Origin: an uncultured Verrucomicrobiae bacterium | GTDB taxonomy: Bacteria; Chlamydiota; Chlamydiia; Chlamydiales; Rhabdochlamydiaceae | Reading direction: 5' to 3' | DNA: 64,000 nt | NCBI GenBank assembly: GCA_963718565.1 | Contig: OY970364.1 | Span: 992,001 to 1,056,000, forward strand | In this document: one piece after another, positions 20,105 to 29,615 of the stretch | How positions within the stretch are numbered: the stretch's first letter is position 1 | How the letters are laid out: every line of letters starts with the position of its first letter | Notes under the pieces: model-generated | Told to the model about the DNA's origin: nothing | What the model saw: the letters and a program-made list of their open reading frames with translations, nothing else | Database searches by the model: none | Program-made: the position numbers and the translations under genes

Positions 20105-21481
20105 ATGAAGCAGAAATTATACCGAAACAACATGAAGAATCGAAATTTTGGCAAAGCTGGCGCCCGGAGTTTGAACCAGCGAAGCGGCGGCGAAGCAGCA
20201 CAACTTGAACAAGTTGTGCGATGCAGGCGGGATCAAAATCTGGGATGTCCGGCGCAGCCAAAAACCGATTCTTCATGTTGTTTCGGTATATCTTCCCTTC
20301 TCATTTTGGCGACCTTTTTCCTCATCGGCCTTGTCCAAGGAATAGGATTTACAACCATTCCCTCTGCAAGCAACTTTCTCACATCCTCTCACGGGTTTTC
20401 TTTCAATCCAGAACAATATGGCACCCTCTTCGTGCCGATGTTTGCCGGCGCTATTTTCGCTTCTTTTTTTGGAGGATCGATCGCTAAAAAGATTGGCATG
20501 AAATCCGTCTTTAGCATCGGGCAAATTTTCAATGTTGTTTCGATGCTGATTTTTGCGATCGCCCAGCTTTATTTGAAAGAGATCTCTGTCTCTTTTCCGC
20601 TCTTTATGATTTTGATGCTCTGTGTCGGGATTGGATTTGGAGCAGCGCTCACCTCTTTGAATTCCTTCGCGTTTTTCTTCTTTCCTAAAAGACCTAAGAC
20701 CGCGTTGACTGCACTGCATTCCTGCCTTGGCATTGGGACTGCGATCGGGCCACTGGCCTTTTCCTACTTTCTAAAACACGGGGTATGGTGGTATGACGCG
20801 ATCTGGATTGGAACGCTTTATTTCTTACTGCTCCTAGCAGCGATTGTGGGCTTTCCTAACCCGCATCAATTGAAAACGGGGAAAAAAGTGAGCTCGAAAA
20901 AATTACCCTTTGCTTCTCCGATATTCTGGAGCTTTGCCGCGATTGCTCTCTTGTATGGGATTTGCGAGACGACCGTTGGCAACTGGGGACCCATTTTTTT
21001 GCATCAAGGGAAACAGCTTATGCCAGCAAGCGCAGACCTTGCCCTTTCGCTGTTTTGGGGAATGATCACTCTAGGAAGGATCGCTACCGTCTTTCTTTCG
21101 TTCGTTGTGCCTGCGCGCTACCTTTACTGTTCTCTACCTCCGATCATCTTGATCGGACTGATCTTGCTTTATCCTTCTGTGAGTGAATCCTGGCTTTTCT
21201 TATCTTTTGGAATTGCGGGCCTTGGCTGCTCGGCGATGTTGCCTCTTAGCATCGGCTTTGCCCAAGAGCGCTTTACGTCGATTGCCCCACTGATTTCTGG
21301 AGTGATGATCGGGACCTACATGCTGGGTTTTGGTCTAGCTTCCCAAGGTGTAGGACTTATTTATAAATTCCTGCACATCTCCTTTTCTACTCTGTTTGCT
21401 TCTTTAAACGGACCTGTGCTTCTTCTGCTTTTGCTGTGCGTGTTCGTTACTTACGAAGAGAGGAGAGCATACCGGAAATGA
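20105..21481 (+). CDS. MFS transporter (FucP-like) with an in-frame palindromic insert after codon 5
   Basis: About 12 hydrophobic segments, LYGICETTVGNW; start MKQKL. Confidence 0.85.
   Translation: MKQKLYRNNMKNRNFGKAGARSLNQRSGGEAAQLEQVVRCRRDQNLGCPAQPKTDSSCCFGISSLLILATFFLIGLVQGIGFTTIPSASNFLTSSHGFSFNPEQYGTLFVPMFAGAIFASFFGGSIAKKIGMKSVFSIGQIFNVVSMLIFAIAQLYLKEISVSFPLFMILMLCVGIGFGAALTSLNSFAFFFFPKRPKTALTALHSCLGIGTAIGPLAFSYFLKHGVWWYDAIWIGTLYFLLLLAAIVGFPNPHQLKTGKKVSSKKLPFASPIFWSFAAIALLYGICETTVGNWGPIFLHQGKQLMPASADLALSLFWGMITLGRIATVFLSFVVPARYLYCSLPPIILIGLILLYPSVSESWLFLSFGIAGLGCSAMLPLSIGFAQERFTSIAPLISGVMIGTYMLGFGLASQGVGLIYKFLHISFSTLFASLNGPVLLLLLLCVFVTYEERRAYRK
20118..20290. repeat. TA-flanked palindromic miniature element (family B1), in frame within the MFS CDS
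   Basis: Perfect 25-bp ends TATACCGAAACAACATGAAGAATCG / CGATTCTTCATGTTGTTTCGGTATA, central hairpin GCACAACTTGAACAAGTTGTGC; net insert 171 bp (57 codons). Confidence 0.93.
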
Positions 21482-21482
21482 T

Positions 21483-22379
21483 TCACTTTCGGTATATTTG
21501 AATCCATCCTCCAACGATGACAAGGAGAGCACCGACCAGCGAAAGCCAATTGGGGAGATGATGAAAAATTGCCCAATCTAAAATCGCTGAAAAAATAATT
21601 GAACCATAGAGGAAAGGGGCAAGAGCGGAAGCTTTGCCATGCTTATAAGCCTCTCCTCTGAACAATTGATTCAATATACTGGCAATACCGAGACAAATAA
21701 CACTGCCCCAAAGCAAAGGAGAAGCATGTTCCGGTGAGTTGACCTCTCCAAAAAACAGCTTAGAAAATACAAAGACAGCCGCTGAAACAATGGAACAGAA
21801 AAAAAATAGATAAAAGAGATTAGACGTTTGATTTTCACGCTTGGCCTGGTGGCTATATAAAACTTGCGAGCCCGCCTGTCCCAGAGGCGCTAAAAGCCCG
21901 GCGATACTGAGCTTGGCAAAAATCGATCTGTCGGGTTGTAAAACGCAGAGCACACCCATAAAAGAGATGAGGATGCTCAAGATCACCTTTTTTTCAAAGC
22001 GATGCTTAAAAAAGATCCGTTCTAAAATGGGCATGAACAACGGAGCTGTATTTTGCATCACCGTCGCATCGAGCAAAGTCGAATACGTCAAGTAATAAAA
22101 GATCGAGTATTGGTAGACCAGAAGACAAGCACATCGCAGAATCTGCAATTTGAAATGACTTAAAAAGAACAGCTTTTTGATTGAGGTCGACCACAATAGA
22201 TAAGGAAGCAGAAGCGCAAGAGGAACCCCAAAGCGCAAGAAAATGAGTAGAGAGTAAGGAATGCGATCAACGCCAAATTTGGCAAAAAGCGTAAAAAAAG
22301 AGAGCGTCACAGCAGAAAGGAGCATGTAAAAAGCTCCCTTTTCAAACTCTTCTTTCGATCTAAAGAATCTCAATCTCAT
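21483..22379 (-). CDS. DMT/EamA family transporter
   Basis: About 10 TM segments, NTAPLF, ASALAPFLY. Confidence 0.9.
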   Translation of the reverse strand: MRLRFFRSKEEFEKGAFYMLLSAVTLSFFTLFAKFGVDRIPYSLLIFLRFGVPLALLLPYLLWSTSIKKLFFLSHFKLQILRCACLLVYQYSIFYYLTYSTLLDATVMQNTAPLFMPILERIFFKHRFEKKVILSILISFMGVLCVLQPDRSIFAKLSIAGLLAPLGQAGSQVLYSHQAKRENQTSNLFYLFFFCSIVSAAVFVFSKLFFGEVNSPEHASPLLWGSVICLGIASILNQLFRGEAYKHGKASALAPFLYGSIIFSAILDWAIFHHLPNWLSLVGALLVIVGGWIQIYRK

Positions 22380-22529
22380 AACTCTTTTAAGCGTTCATCT
22401 CTGCGGCAGCAACTCCGATAGGACTTATAACGGAGAGGGTTTGTTTCATAAAATTACAGCTTCGAGATGTCCTGTATTGCCTCGACAAACTTCTTCGTAA
22501 CTGGGATCAGGAAAAACACCTCCTGTATA

Positions 22530-23649
22530 TACTCTAGAAAATTGAAGTCTGGAGAGGATTGAGTTCAATTGTTTGGAAATTGTCGTTAATTCGCTTTTTC
22601 AGCATGTCTTTTAAATTAATAACGCCAGTGTTGAAAAAATCTCTAATTTTCTCAGTAAATTCATTGAATTTTGAATACAGTGTATTATAAGTAACACACT
22701 CTCTCATAACTTTCCATAAACGCTCAATAGCATTCAAATTTGGGGAATACGGAGGTAAGTAGTGTATTTGAATTTTGGTTTGGCTATCCAAATATTTTTG
22801 CACTTCCTTATTCTTGTTTGATCTGCCGTTGTCTAAGATTAAGTGGATTTTTTTTGCATCTGTATTAGCCGCTAACGTTTGGAGAAAATCGACCGCACTT
22901 GCAGCATCCACAGTGCTATATTCCTTCGTCACGACTTGCATTGCAGTCAATTCAATGGCACCAATAAAATGCAATCGCTCTTGCTTAGCGGTTGTTCCTA
23001 ATGTCTTTATTTCGTTTTTTAGGATCCACCCAGCCACAGACTGGCTCTGATACTCAGGGTGTACAGCATCTCCAAAGAAAATTTTCTCGCCTTCTTGGAG
23101 ACCGGCTTTCAATTCATTGTATTTTTTAAGGAACGCAGCTTGTTTTTCGGGATCGAGCTTTCCTGGTACTTTGATTGGATGTTTATAAACAAATCCATGC
23201 CTCTTCAACCAATTTGTCATACCAGCCACAGTGTATTTCACTTGATATGCGTCTAGAACGTAGAGACAAATTTTGCTCATTTTGAGATACGTTATTTGAC
23301 TCAAATGTCTCCTCAGCGCATCTTCTTGGTCTAGGGTTAACTTGGAGGCCTTTCCCAAATGTGGATCATTGATAGTTTTTTGCTTGGCATCGTATTCTCT
23401 TTGATAATCATAAACGGACGACTCGCTAATTCTTAAAATCGCCGCTATTTCCCCTGGACTGTGGCAATCATCCCTACCTAAAATGACGCATACACGGTTC
23501 CGTTCGTTGACATCTCTTGTTTTTTTTACAAGCTGTTCTAAATATAAACGCTGCTCATTGGACAACTTTTGCATAGAAGCATTATCCACTATCGCTGAAA
23601 TATTTTTTAGGGAAATTTAAAATTTTACAGAATCCAATCATGAATAGTA
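22530..23649 (-). mobile_element. IS630 family insertion sequence with TA target duplication
   Basis: Imperfect inverted repeats TACTCTAGAAAATTGAAGTCT / TACTATTCATGATTGGATTCT flanked by TA at 22528 and 23650. Confidence 0.9.
22534..23589 (-). CDS. IS630 transposase
   Basis: HTH N-terminus, FFGDAVHP, LILDNGR, YLPPYSPNLNAIERLW. Confidence 0.95.
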   Translation of the reverse strand: MDNASMQKLSNEQRLYLEQLVKKTRDVNERNRVCVILGRDDCHSPGEIAAILRISESSVYDYQREYDAKQKTINDPHLGKASKLTLDQEDALRRHLSQITYLKMSKICLYVLDAYQVKYTVAGMTNWLKRHGFVYKHPIKVPGKLDPEKQAAFLKKYNELKAGLQEGEKIFFGDAVHPEYQSQSVAGWILKNEIKTLGTTAKQERLHFIGAIELTAMQVVTKEYSTVDAASAVDFLQTLAANTDAKKIHLILDNGRSNKNKEVQKYLDSQTKIQIHYLPPYSPNLNAIERLWKVMRECVTYNTLYSKFNEFTEKIRDFFNTGVINLKDMLKKRINDNFQTIELNPLQTSIF

Positions 23650-23753
23650 TATCCCGAACTTACAGAAACCACACCTTCGAGCCTATCAAAAACCGGTTCC
23701 ATGCACCAAAAACATGTCCCCGGCAAAGATCGCTTCTTCTGTACGAGGTCCGC

Positions 23754-24635
23754 TCATTTCAGTTTTCTCCCTTCGATCCATAGAGAAAGAATTCCACCCC
23801 CTGTCACCAAAATGATGCCCAGGACTGCCAAAGAGCTGGGTAAGAGGTGGAAAAATAGCCAGTTTAAAAACAGTGTGAATATGATGACGGAATAAAAAAG
23901 AATGCTGACAAGAGTAATCGTAATTCGCTTGGCAGCCAATGTAAAACAGTAAAGGGTCCCAAGGTAACAAGCCCCCATTAAGATCACAAAAATCCAAATA
24001 GAATTTGGCAGTGATTCCCATTTCCACATTAATGGGATGGCAGTAATGATTGTTGCCATTGTCAAAAAATAGAAAAGGATTCTGGGTGCAGACTCTGTAT
24101 AGCTCAATTTACGAATGGAGACCCAAGATAAAGAAGCTGCCACAGCGGATAGAATTCCCCAAATTCCTCCCACATTGAACAGCTGCTTATCCGGTCTTAG
24201 GATCAGCCCGATGCCGATGACACCAAGCGCAATCGCAAACCAGATGCGATGGTTAATCGGAATTTTCAAGATGAAGTAGGCGGCGATGGGTATGAAAAGC
24301 GGCGCGGAATTATTGAGCATCACAGCATCGACAAGTGGAATTGTCTGCAATGAGATGACAAGAAAACAGACAATGCCAAGACCAAAAAGGGTCCGCAATA
24401 AATGCCAAGTGAAATGCTCCGTCTTCAGTTCGTGAATTCGCTTGGTCAAAAGATAAGGAACCAAGCCAATCCAACTGACAAAAAAAGTAAAAAAGAAAAT
24501 CTGAAAAAAGTTAACGCCTTTTTGTTGAGTCCATTTCGCAAGCAAACTATAAAGTGCATAAAAAAAGCCGCTGAGCAAAGTCAATACCGCGCCCTGCAGA
24601 AGTTTTTGTTCTTTGGCTGCTTTTTCTTCGGACAT
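23754..24635 (-). CDS. DMT/EamA family transporter
   Basis: HLLRTLFG, LNNSAPLFIP, about 10 TM segments; AAGGAG RBS before MSEEK. Confidence 0.9.
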   Translation of the reverse strand: MSEEKAAKEQKLLQGAVLTLLSGFFYALYSLLAKWTQQKGVNFFQIFFFTFFVSWIGLVPYLLTKRIHELKTEHFTWHLLRTLFGLGIVCFLVISLQTIPLVDAVMLNNSAPLFIPIAAYFILKIPINHRIWFAIALGVIGIGLILRPDKQLFNVGGIWGILSAVAASLSWVSIRKLSYTESAPRILFYFLTMATIITAIPLMWKWESLPNSIWIFVILMGACYLGTLYCFTLAAKRITITLVSILFYSVIIFTLFLNWLFFHLLPSSLAVLGIILVTGGGILSLWIEGRKLK

Positions 24636-24809
24636 GAGGCTATCTCCTTTTTTCGTATGTAAATAAAAAAGAAGAAAAAGGTCAAAGGAAAGCCGATACG
24701 AACCAAGACCAAAAGCATTTATAAAATTCGCGATTGTAGAAAAATTGCTATAAATTGATGATGAAGGAAAACTTAACTCTTCTAACCCGAGTTCTGAAAG
24801 AGGTGTATT

Positions 24810-25817
24810 ATGCAATTGCGCCAACTTGGAAAATCAAACGTTAAAGTTACTCCCATTATTCTTGGAACTTGGGCTATCGGCGGCTGGATGTGGGGCGGGA
24901 CAGATGAGAAAAAATCGATCGAGGCGATTCAAGCCAGTATAGAGAATGGAATCACAACAATCGACACGGCTCCAGCCTACGGGATGGGACTCAGTGAAGA
25001 AATTGTGGGAAAAGCAATTATAGGCAAACGCGATAAAGTCGTCATCGCCACAAAATGCGGCCTGCGTTGGGATGAAAAGGACAAAACCATCCGTTCCCCC
25101 CATCGTGATTTCAAAAAAAATCCTGTCGATATTCGCCGCGATCTCTCTCGTAAAAGCATTTTTTATGAATGCGAGCAAAGCTTAAAACGCATGAATATCG
25201 ATCTGATTGATATTTACCAGATCCATTGGCCAGATCCTCTCATACCGATCGAAGAATCTTGGAATGCAATGGCCGAACTAAAGAAGCAAGGCAAAGTGCG
25301 CGCCATTGGGGTCAGTAACTTCGATCTAGATTTGCTTAAAACAGCCCATGCCATTCATCCTGTTGACAGTATTCAACCTCCCTATAGTTTGATTCGAAAA
25401 GAGATCGAAAAAGACATTATCCCTTTTACCCAGGCCAATCAAATTGCTGTCATTGTTTACTCCTCTTTAGAAAGAGGATTGCTCACAGGAAAGTATAAAC
25501 CCGGTCAAACCTTTCCTGCAGGCGACCACCGCTCAGACAAAAAGACTTTCAAGGCTGAGTATCTTGGTCACCTCAACGAGGTGCTTAATGAAATTAAACC
25601 TATCGCAGGCAAATACAACGTTGCCATTTCACAAGTGATCATCGACTGCACGATTCACCGTCCCGGCATCACTGCCGCCCTTGTCGGCGCACGCGACGCG
25701 CAGCAAGCGAAAGAAAATGCACTTGCCGCAAACCTGAATCTTACGGTTCAGGAACGTGAATTCATCGCAAAGACTCTGTCGCGTCCTGAACTTCAACGCG
25801 GACTGTATGAAGACTAA
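24810..25817 (+). CDS. Aldo/keto reductase
   Basis: GTWAIGGWMWGG, IDTAPAYG, IATKCG, IYQIHWPD, IGVSNF. Confidence 0.95.
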   Translation: MQLRQLGKSNVKVTPIILGTWAIGGWMWGGTDEKKSIEAIQASIENGITTIDTAPAYGMGLSEEIVGKAIIGKRDKVVIATKCGLRWDEKDKTIRSPHRDFKKNPVDIRRDLSRKSIFYECEQSLKRMNIDLIDIYQIHWPDPLIPIEESWNAMAELKKQGKVRAIGVSNFDLDLLKTAHAIHPVDSIQPPYSLIRKEIEKDIIPFTQANQIAVIVYSSLERGLLTGKYKPGQTFPAGDHRSDKKTFKAEYLGHLNEVLNEIKPIAGKYNVAISQVIIDCTIHRPGITAALVGARDAQQAKENALAANLNLTVQEREFIAKTLSRPELQRGLYED

Positions 25818-26862
25818 TCATTGGAAAGCGGAGAAAGGGGACAGGTTTACAGCCTTGCGTGTTGAGCTTGATCGCCCAAACCGCATCTGAAGAGCAGATA
25901 AACAAAATGTTATTGTCTTTACCTCCAAATGTCAGATTTGCAGTTTCTTTGGGAAGCAAGATCTTTCCAATGAGTGTTCCTTGCGAATTCAAGACCTGAA
26001 CACCATCAAGGGCCCCGACATAAATATTTCCCATCGCATCCAAACGCATCCCATCAGGAAATCCTGGAGAAATCACAGCAAATGTGCGCTGATTGCGGAC
26101 TGTTTTTCCATCAGCATTGACATCATAGGCATAGATGGCATGAGGATTCTTCTCATAATAAGTGTGCGGCGCCTGAATTGCAGCGCTATCGATGACATAA
26201 AGGATCTTTTCATCAGGAGAGAAAGCGATGCCATTGGGCATCTTTAAATCGCTGATCACAACTGCCATTTCCTTTGTTTTGGGATCAAAACGATAGACAT
26301 GATTTGGCAAATAACATTCTTGGGGAAACTGAAGACAGCCATAACTAGGATCAGTAAACCAAATGCTCCCATCCGATTTTACGACTAAGTCATTGGGAGA
26401 ATTTAAGGGCTTGCCTTGGTACATTCCCACTAATGTTCTCACGGTCCCATCGCTTTCAGTGATGGAAATTCTTCTGCCCGTTGTTTCCGCTGTCAAAAGC
26501 CGCCCTTGCCAATCTGCAGTCTGTCCATCTGCAATGCTGGAAGGATGGCGAAATACTGCTGGAGCTGACCAAGAAAACGCACTGATTTGGTTGAATGGCT
26601 GAAGGCCATGCCAACGGATCATATTAATATTGTCGTTAATCTGGTCCGTAAAGATCAAAAAACCCGATTCACTCTTTTCCCTATCTGCAAAATAAACGGG
26701 GCCTTCTGTAAAACCAAAGCCTGTGGCAAGAAGTACAAGCTTTGGTTTTTCACCTAAGATCGCGGCAAATTCAGCAGAATACACTTCTAAAGGAAGCTGC
26801 GGCGCAGCATCAAAAGAATAAGACGGAGGATTCTCAACTCCATTCAAAGAAGAAATACACAT
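25762..26862 (-). CDS. SMP-30/gluconolactonase family protein
   Basis: GFTEGPVY, LNSPNDLVV, WFTDPSYG, PNGIAFSPDE, PDGMRLD. The longer ORF call upstream reads through a repeat. Confidence 0.9.
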   Translation of the reverse strand: MCISSLNGVENPPSYSFDAAPQLPLEVYSAEFAAILGEKPKLVLLATGFGFTEGPVYFADREKSESGFLIFTDQINDNINMIRWHGLQPFNQISAFSWSAPAVFRHPSSIADGQTADWQGRLLTAETTGRRISITESDGTVRTLVGMYQGKPLNSPNDLVVKSDGSIWFTDPSYGCLQFPQECYLPNHVYRFDPKTKEMAVVISDLKMPNGIAFSPDEKILYVIDSAAIQAPHTYYEKNPHAIYAYDVNADGKTVRNQRTFAVISPGFPDGMRLDAMGNIYVGALDGVQVLNSQGTLIGKILLPKETANLTFGGKDNNILFICSSDAVWAIKLNTQGCKPVPFLRFPMISLHTVRVEVQDATESLR

Positions 26863-26888
26863 GAACAAAATAAAATTATAAATCCCTA

Positions 26889-27145
26889 GAGGGAATTGCA
26901 AAACTCCTCGCCAGCAGAAAATCGATGATTTTGGCACCTGTTGCCAGAACCCGCACAGCGGGTTCGGTTGGCGGCGGCGGAAAGCATACTTGGATAAGTG
27001 GCTGCGAAGACACGAGAAGGTCCGGGGAACCTTCGCAGTGCAAAGCAGGTGAGCGAAGAGCGAACCGGGGCCGAAGGCAGCCGCCGCCAAGGCGACAGGT
27101 GCCAAAAGCGCGATTTTATGCGGCGAGGAGTTTTGCAATTCCCTC
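26889..27145. mobile_element. Complete palindromic miniature element family A (257 bp)
   Basis: Perfect 24-bp terminal inverted repeats GAGGGAATTGCAAAACTCCTCGCC, GC-rich structured interior, no transposase. Confidence 0.92.
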
Positions 27146-27339
27146 CCTAAATACAAAGCTTGTCTCTTCACGCCTTCTTAGCCTTAATTAATTCCATATA
27201 AATTTATAAATAAAGAGTAATGATCATAAATACAAGAAAAAATTTAATCTGAAATTATTTAACGACTAACGATAATTAACATGCCAATTTAATTACATTA
27301 TGCTATTGTATAACAATCGTTTTAATTACAGGAGAATAA

Positions 27340-27894
27340 ATGATTAAATCTTTATTTATTTCAACGATTACAACTTTATGTACAATGAGCTCTTTAAACG
27401 CTCAACAAGTCTTTCAAGAAATGCCGCAAGATTTTCATCCCAAGGCCGAGGTTGCTGGATGCTTCATCAGAAATGAAAATCATACACTGTTTTTAAAACG
27501 TCAGTTTGATAAACCTCAAGGAAATACCTGGGCAATCCCTGCGGGAAAATGTGATAACAGTGAAGCTGCCGAGCAGACAGTGATTCGCGAAATCCGAGAA
27601 GAGACCGGCATCGAAACACAGACACAATGCCTCTCTTATCTTGGAAAAGTTTACATTCGGCACTCTACTGGCGACTTTGTCTTTCATGCGTTTGAATACA
27701 ATCTCACTGGCCTGCCTCAAGTCAAGATGAATCCCACGGAACACGTCGAGTATCGATGGGTTACTCTTGAAGAAGCTTTGGAGATGTCGCTGACCCCCGG
27801 AGAAGATGAACTCATCCATTCGGTCTACGGCGTGCAACCGGTTTCCCCAAGTTCCTATTCCTACCACATCACGAACTATACCGAAACAACATGA
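27340..27894 (+). CDS. NUDIX hydrolase
   Basis: WAIPAGK..E..EQTVIREIREETGI Nudix box; stop codon supplied by a family B1 end. Confidence 0.9.
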   Translation: MIKSLFISTITTLCTMSSLNAQQVFQEMPQDFHPKAEVAGCFIRNENHTLFLKRQFDKPQGNTWAIPAGKCDNSEAAEQTVIREIREETGIETQTQCLSYLGKVYIRHSTGDFVFHAFEYNLTGLPQVKMNPTEHVEYRWVTLEEALEMSLTPGEDELIHSVYGVQPVSPSSYSYHITNYTETT

Positions 27895-28096
27895 AGAATC
27901 GCGCTTTTGGCAAAGCTAGCGCCTTCCCATTACCCATAAATGGGTAATAGCATGGGTTCTGGCAACAGGGTGACAAAATCATCGATTTTCTGCTGGCGAA
28001 GAGTTTTGCAAGGGTGTAAATAAAAGTGTTGAGGCTAGGCATTGAAATAATGCCTAGCCTCAACACTTTTATTTACACCCGTTTTGCAATTCCCTC
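27877..28096. repeat. Chimeric element: family B1 left end plus family A right end, with a nested family C element
   Basis: Starts TATACCGAAACAACATGAAGAATCG and ends GTTTTGCAATTCCCTC. Confidence 0.85.
28012..28080. mobile_element. 69-bp hairpin MITE (family C) with a 9-bp target duplication
   Basis: GGGTGTAAATAAAAGTGTTGAGGCTAGGCATT and its reverse complement; GTTTTGCAA duplicated at 28003-28011 and 28081-28089. Confidence 0.92.
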
Positions 28097-28152
28097 TGTA
28101 AAAAAAATCAATAATTTTAGAGAATCATTTCAAAGCGGATGATGGTAAAAGC

Positions 28153-28917
28153 ATGCATGCTTCCTCAAAACCTCTTGTTGTAATTACTGGAACCTCTGCT
28201 GGGATTGGAGCTGCTACAGTGCATCGATTTGCCAAAGAAGGTTTCCGTCTTGCCTTGACAGCAAGACGATTAGACCGTTTGGAACAACTCCGCAAAGAGT
28301 TGAACGGTGAGATTTCTGTCCATGAACTCGACGTTCAGTCTTCAGATGACGTAGAAAACGTCTTTCAACGCATCGAGCAAAAAGAGGGGCCGATAGAAAT
28401 TCTTATCAACAATGCTGGCTGTAGTTTTGGACTCGAACCTGCTTACCAAGGAAAAATTGAAGAATGGGATCAATGTATCGACACCAACATCAAAGGCCTC
28501 CTTTATTGCACACGAGCAGTTCTTCCAACAATGGTCAAGTTGAATAAAGGACACATCATCAATCTAGGGTCTGTCGCAGCACGCTACCCATACCCCGGCG
28601 GCAATGTTTATGGAGGGACAAAGGCGTTTGTCCGGCAGTTTTCCTTCAACTTAAAAGCAGATCTTCTCGGTACAAAAGTCCGTGTCAGTTGCGTAGAACC
28701 TGGACTAGTCGGAGGCACAGAATTTTCGGTAGTGCGCTTTCGCGGTGATGAAACACGCGCAGCCAAAGTCTATGAGCATACAAAACCTTTATCAGCTGAG
28801 GATATTGCTGAAGTGATTTATTTCTGCTGCTCAGTCCCTCCGCATGTCAATATTAATACCGTAGAACTCATGCCCATCTGCCAAGCATCTGCACCACTTG
28901 CAATTCAACGCACATAA
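28153..28917 (+). CDS. SDR oxidoreductase (YdfG-like)
   Basis: TGTSAGIG, LINNAG, NVYGGTKAFV, VEPGLV. Confidence 0.93.
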   Translation: MHASSKPLVVITGTSAGIGAATVHRFAKEGFRLALTARRLDRLEQLRKELNGEISVHELDVQSSDDVENVFQRIEQKEGPIEILINNAGCSFGLEPAYQGKIEEWDQCIDTNIKGLLYCTRAVLPTMVKLNKGHIINLGSVAARYPYPGGNVYGGTKAFVRQFSFNLKADLLGTKVRVSCVEPGLVGGTEFSVVRFRGDETRAAKVYEHTKPLSAEDIAEVIYFCCSVPPHVNINTVELMPICQASAPLAIQRT

Positions 28918-28920
28918 TCA

Positions 28921-29045
28921 CTGGCGGCGGTCTCCTACTTGTCCAAGTATGCTTTCGCCGCCGCCAACCGAATCCGCTGTGCGGGTTTTGGCAACAGGTG
29001 CCAAAATCATCGATTTTCTGCTGGCAAGGAGTTTTGCAATTCCCC
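28921..29045 (-). repeat. Truncated copy of element family A
   Basis: Matches the reverse complement of the first ~110 bp of 26889-27145 with a few substitutions. Confidence 0.88.
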
Positions 29046-29220
29046 CGTTCCTCAAAATTTTCTCTCTAAAAAAACATATTGTTAATTTTTACCCAACCTA
29101 CCAAAATCCTCTTAAACTTTTCCTTAACCGAGCCCAGTTAATGCGGTGACACTTTGAAAACAAAAAAACAACTGTGCCAAATCAATTTGAATGGAATCCT
29201 GGTTTTCGTTTAGGGGTAAG

Positions 29221-29568
29221 ATGAAGATTTTACGAATATTGGGTATTGTCGTGGTAGTTGCGGGAGTTGGCTGCATTTTCTTTTCTAATTACATCACCAA
29301 TCAAGTCAATGAAGGAAAAATCAAAATTGAAAAGGGGCAAAAGTCAGTAGACAAGAGCAGCAGTCTCTTTTCTACAACCCCCTATACTAAGCCAATTGGC
29401 AAGGGGATAACTTCTTCAGCGCAAAAGAAGATCAATGCGGGCAAGGAAGAGGTCGCCTATTATGAACAACTCGCCCAGACACTTCAAACCAGCGGAATCG
29501 TCGGGATCATCGTGGGGGCAGGCCTTACGATTTTTAGCTTTTTCGGTCAGAGGAAAAAGAGGCGTTAA
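29221..29568 (+). CDS. Small two-TM hypothetical membrane protein
   Basis: N- and C-terminal hydrophobic helices, basic tail. Confidence 0.75.
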   Translation: MKILRILGIVVVVAGVGCIFFSNYITNQVNEGKIKIEKGQKSVDKSSSLFSTTPYTKPIGKGITSSAQKKINAGKEEVAYYEQLAQTLQTSGIVGIIVGAGLTIFSFFGQRKKRR

Positions 29569-29615
29569 GAGAGTGCTTTCAAATTAAAATGATTTGAAGA
29601 CACTCTCTAACCTCA

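Larger units (their letters stand above)
22376..23757 (-). pseudogene. msrA: msrA pseudogene (frameshifted, internally deleted, interrupted by IS630)
   Basis: Joining the IS flanks gives MSGPRTEEAIFAG/CFWCMEPVFDRLEGVVSVSSGY|TGGVFPDPSYEEVCRGNTGHLEAV, then directly a C-terminal piece FYETNPLRYKSYRSCCRRDERLKEL*. Confidence 0.88.

Noticed and set aside
26863..27191. N-terminal extension of the gluconolactonase ORF and ORF 26925-27191
   Set aside because: Read-through of element family A; a start at 26862 explains the protein. An in-frame fusion is not excluded but lacks support.
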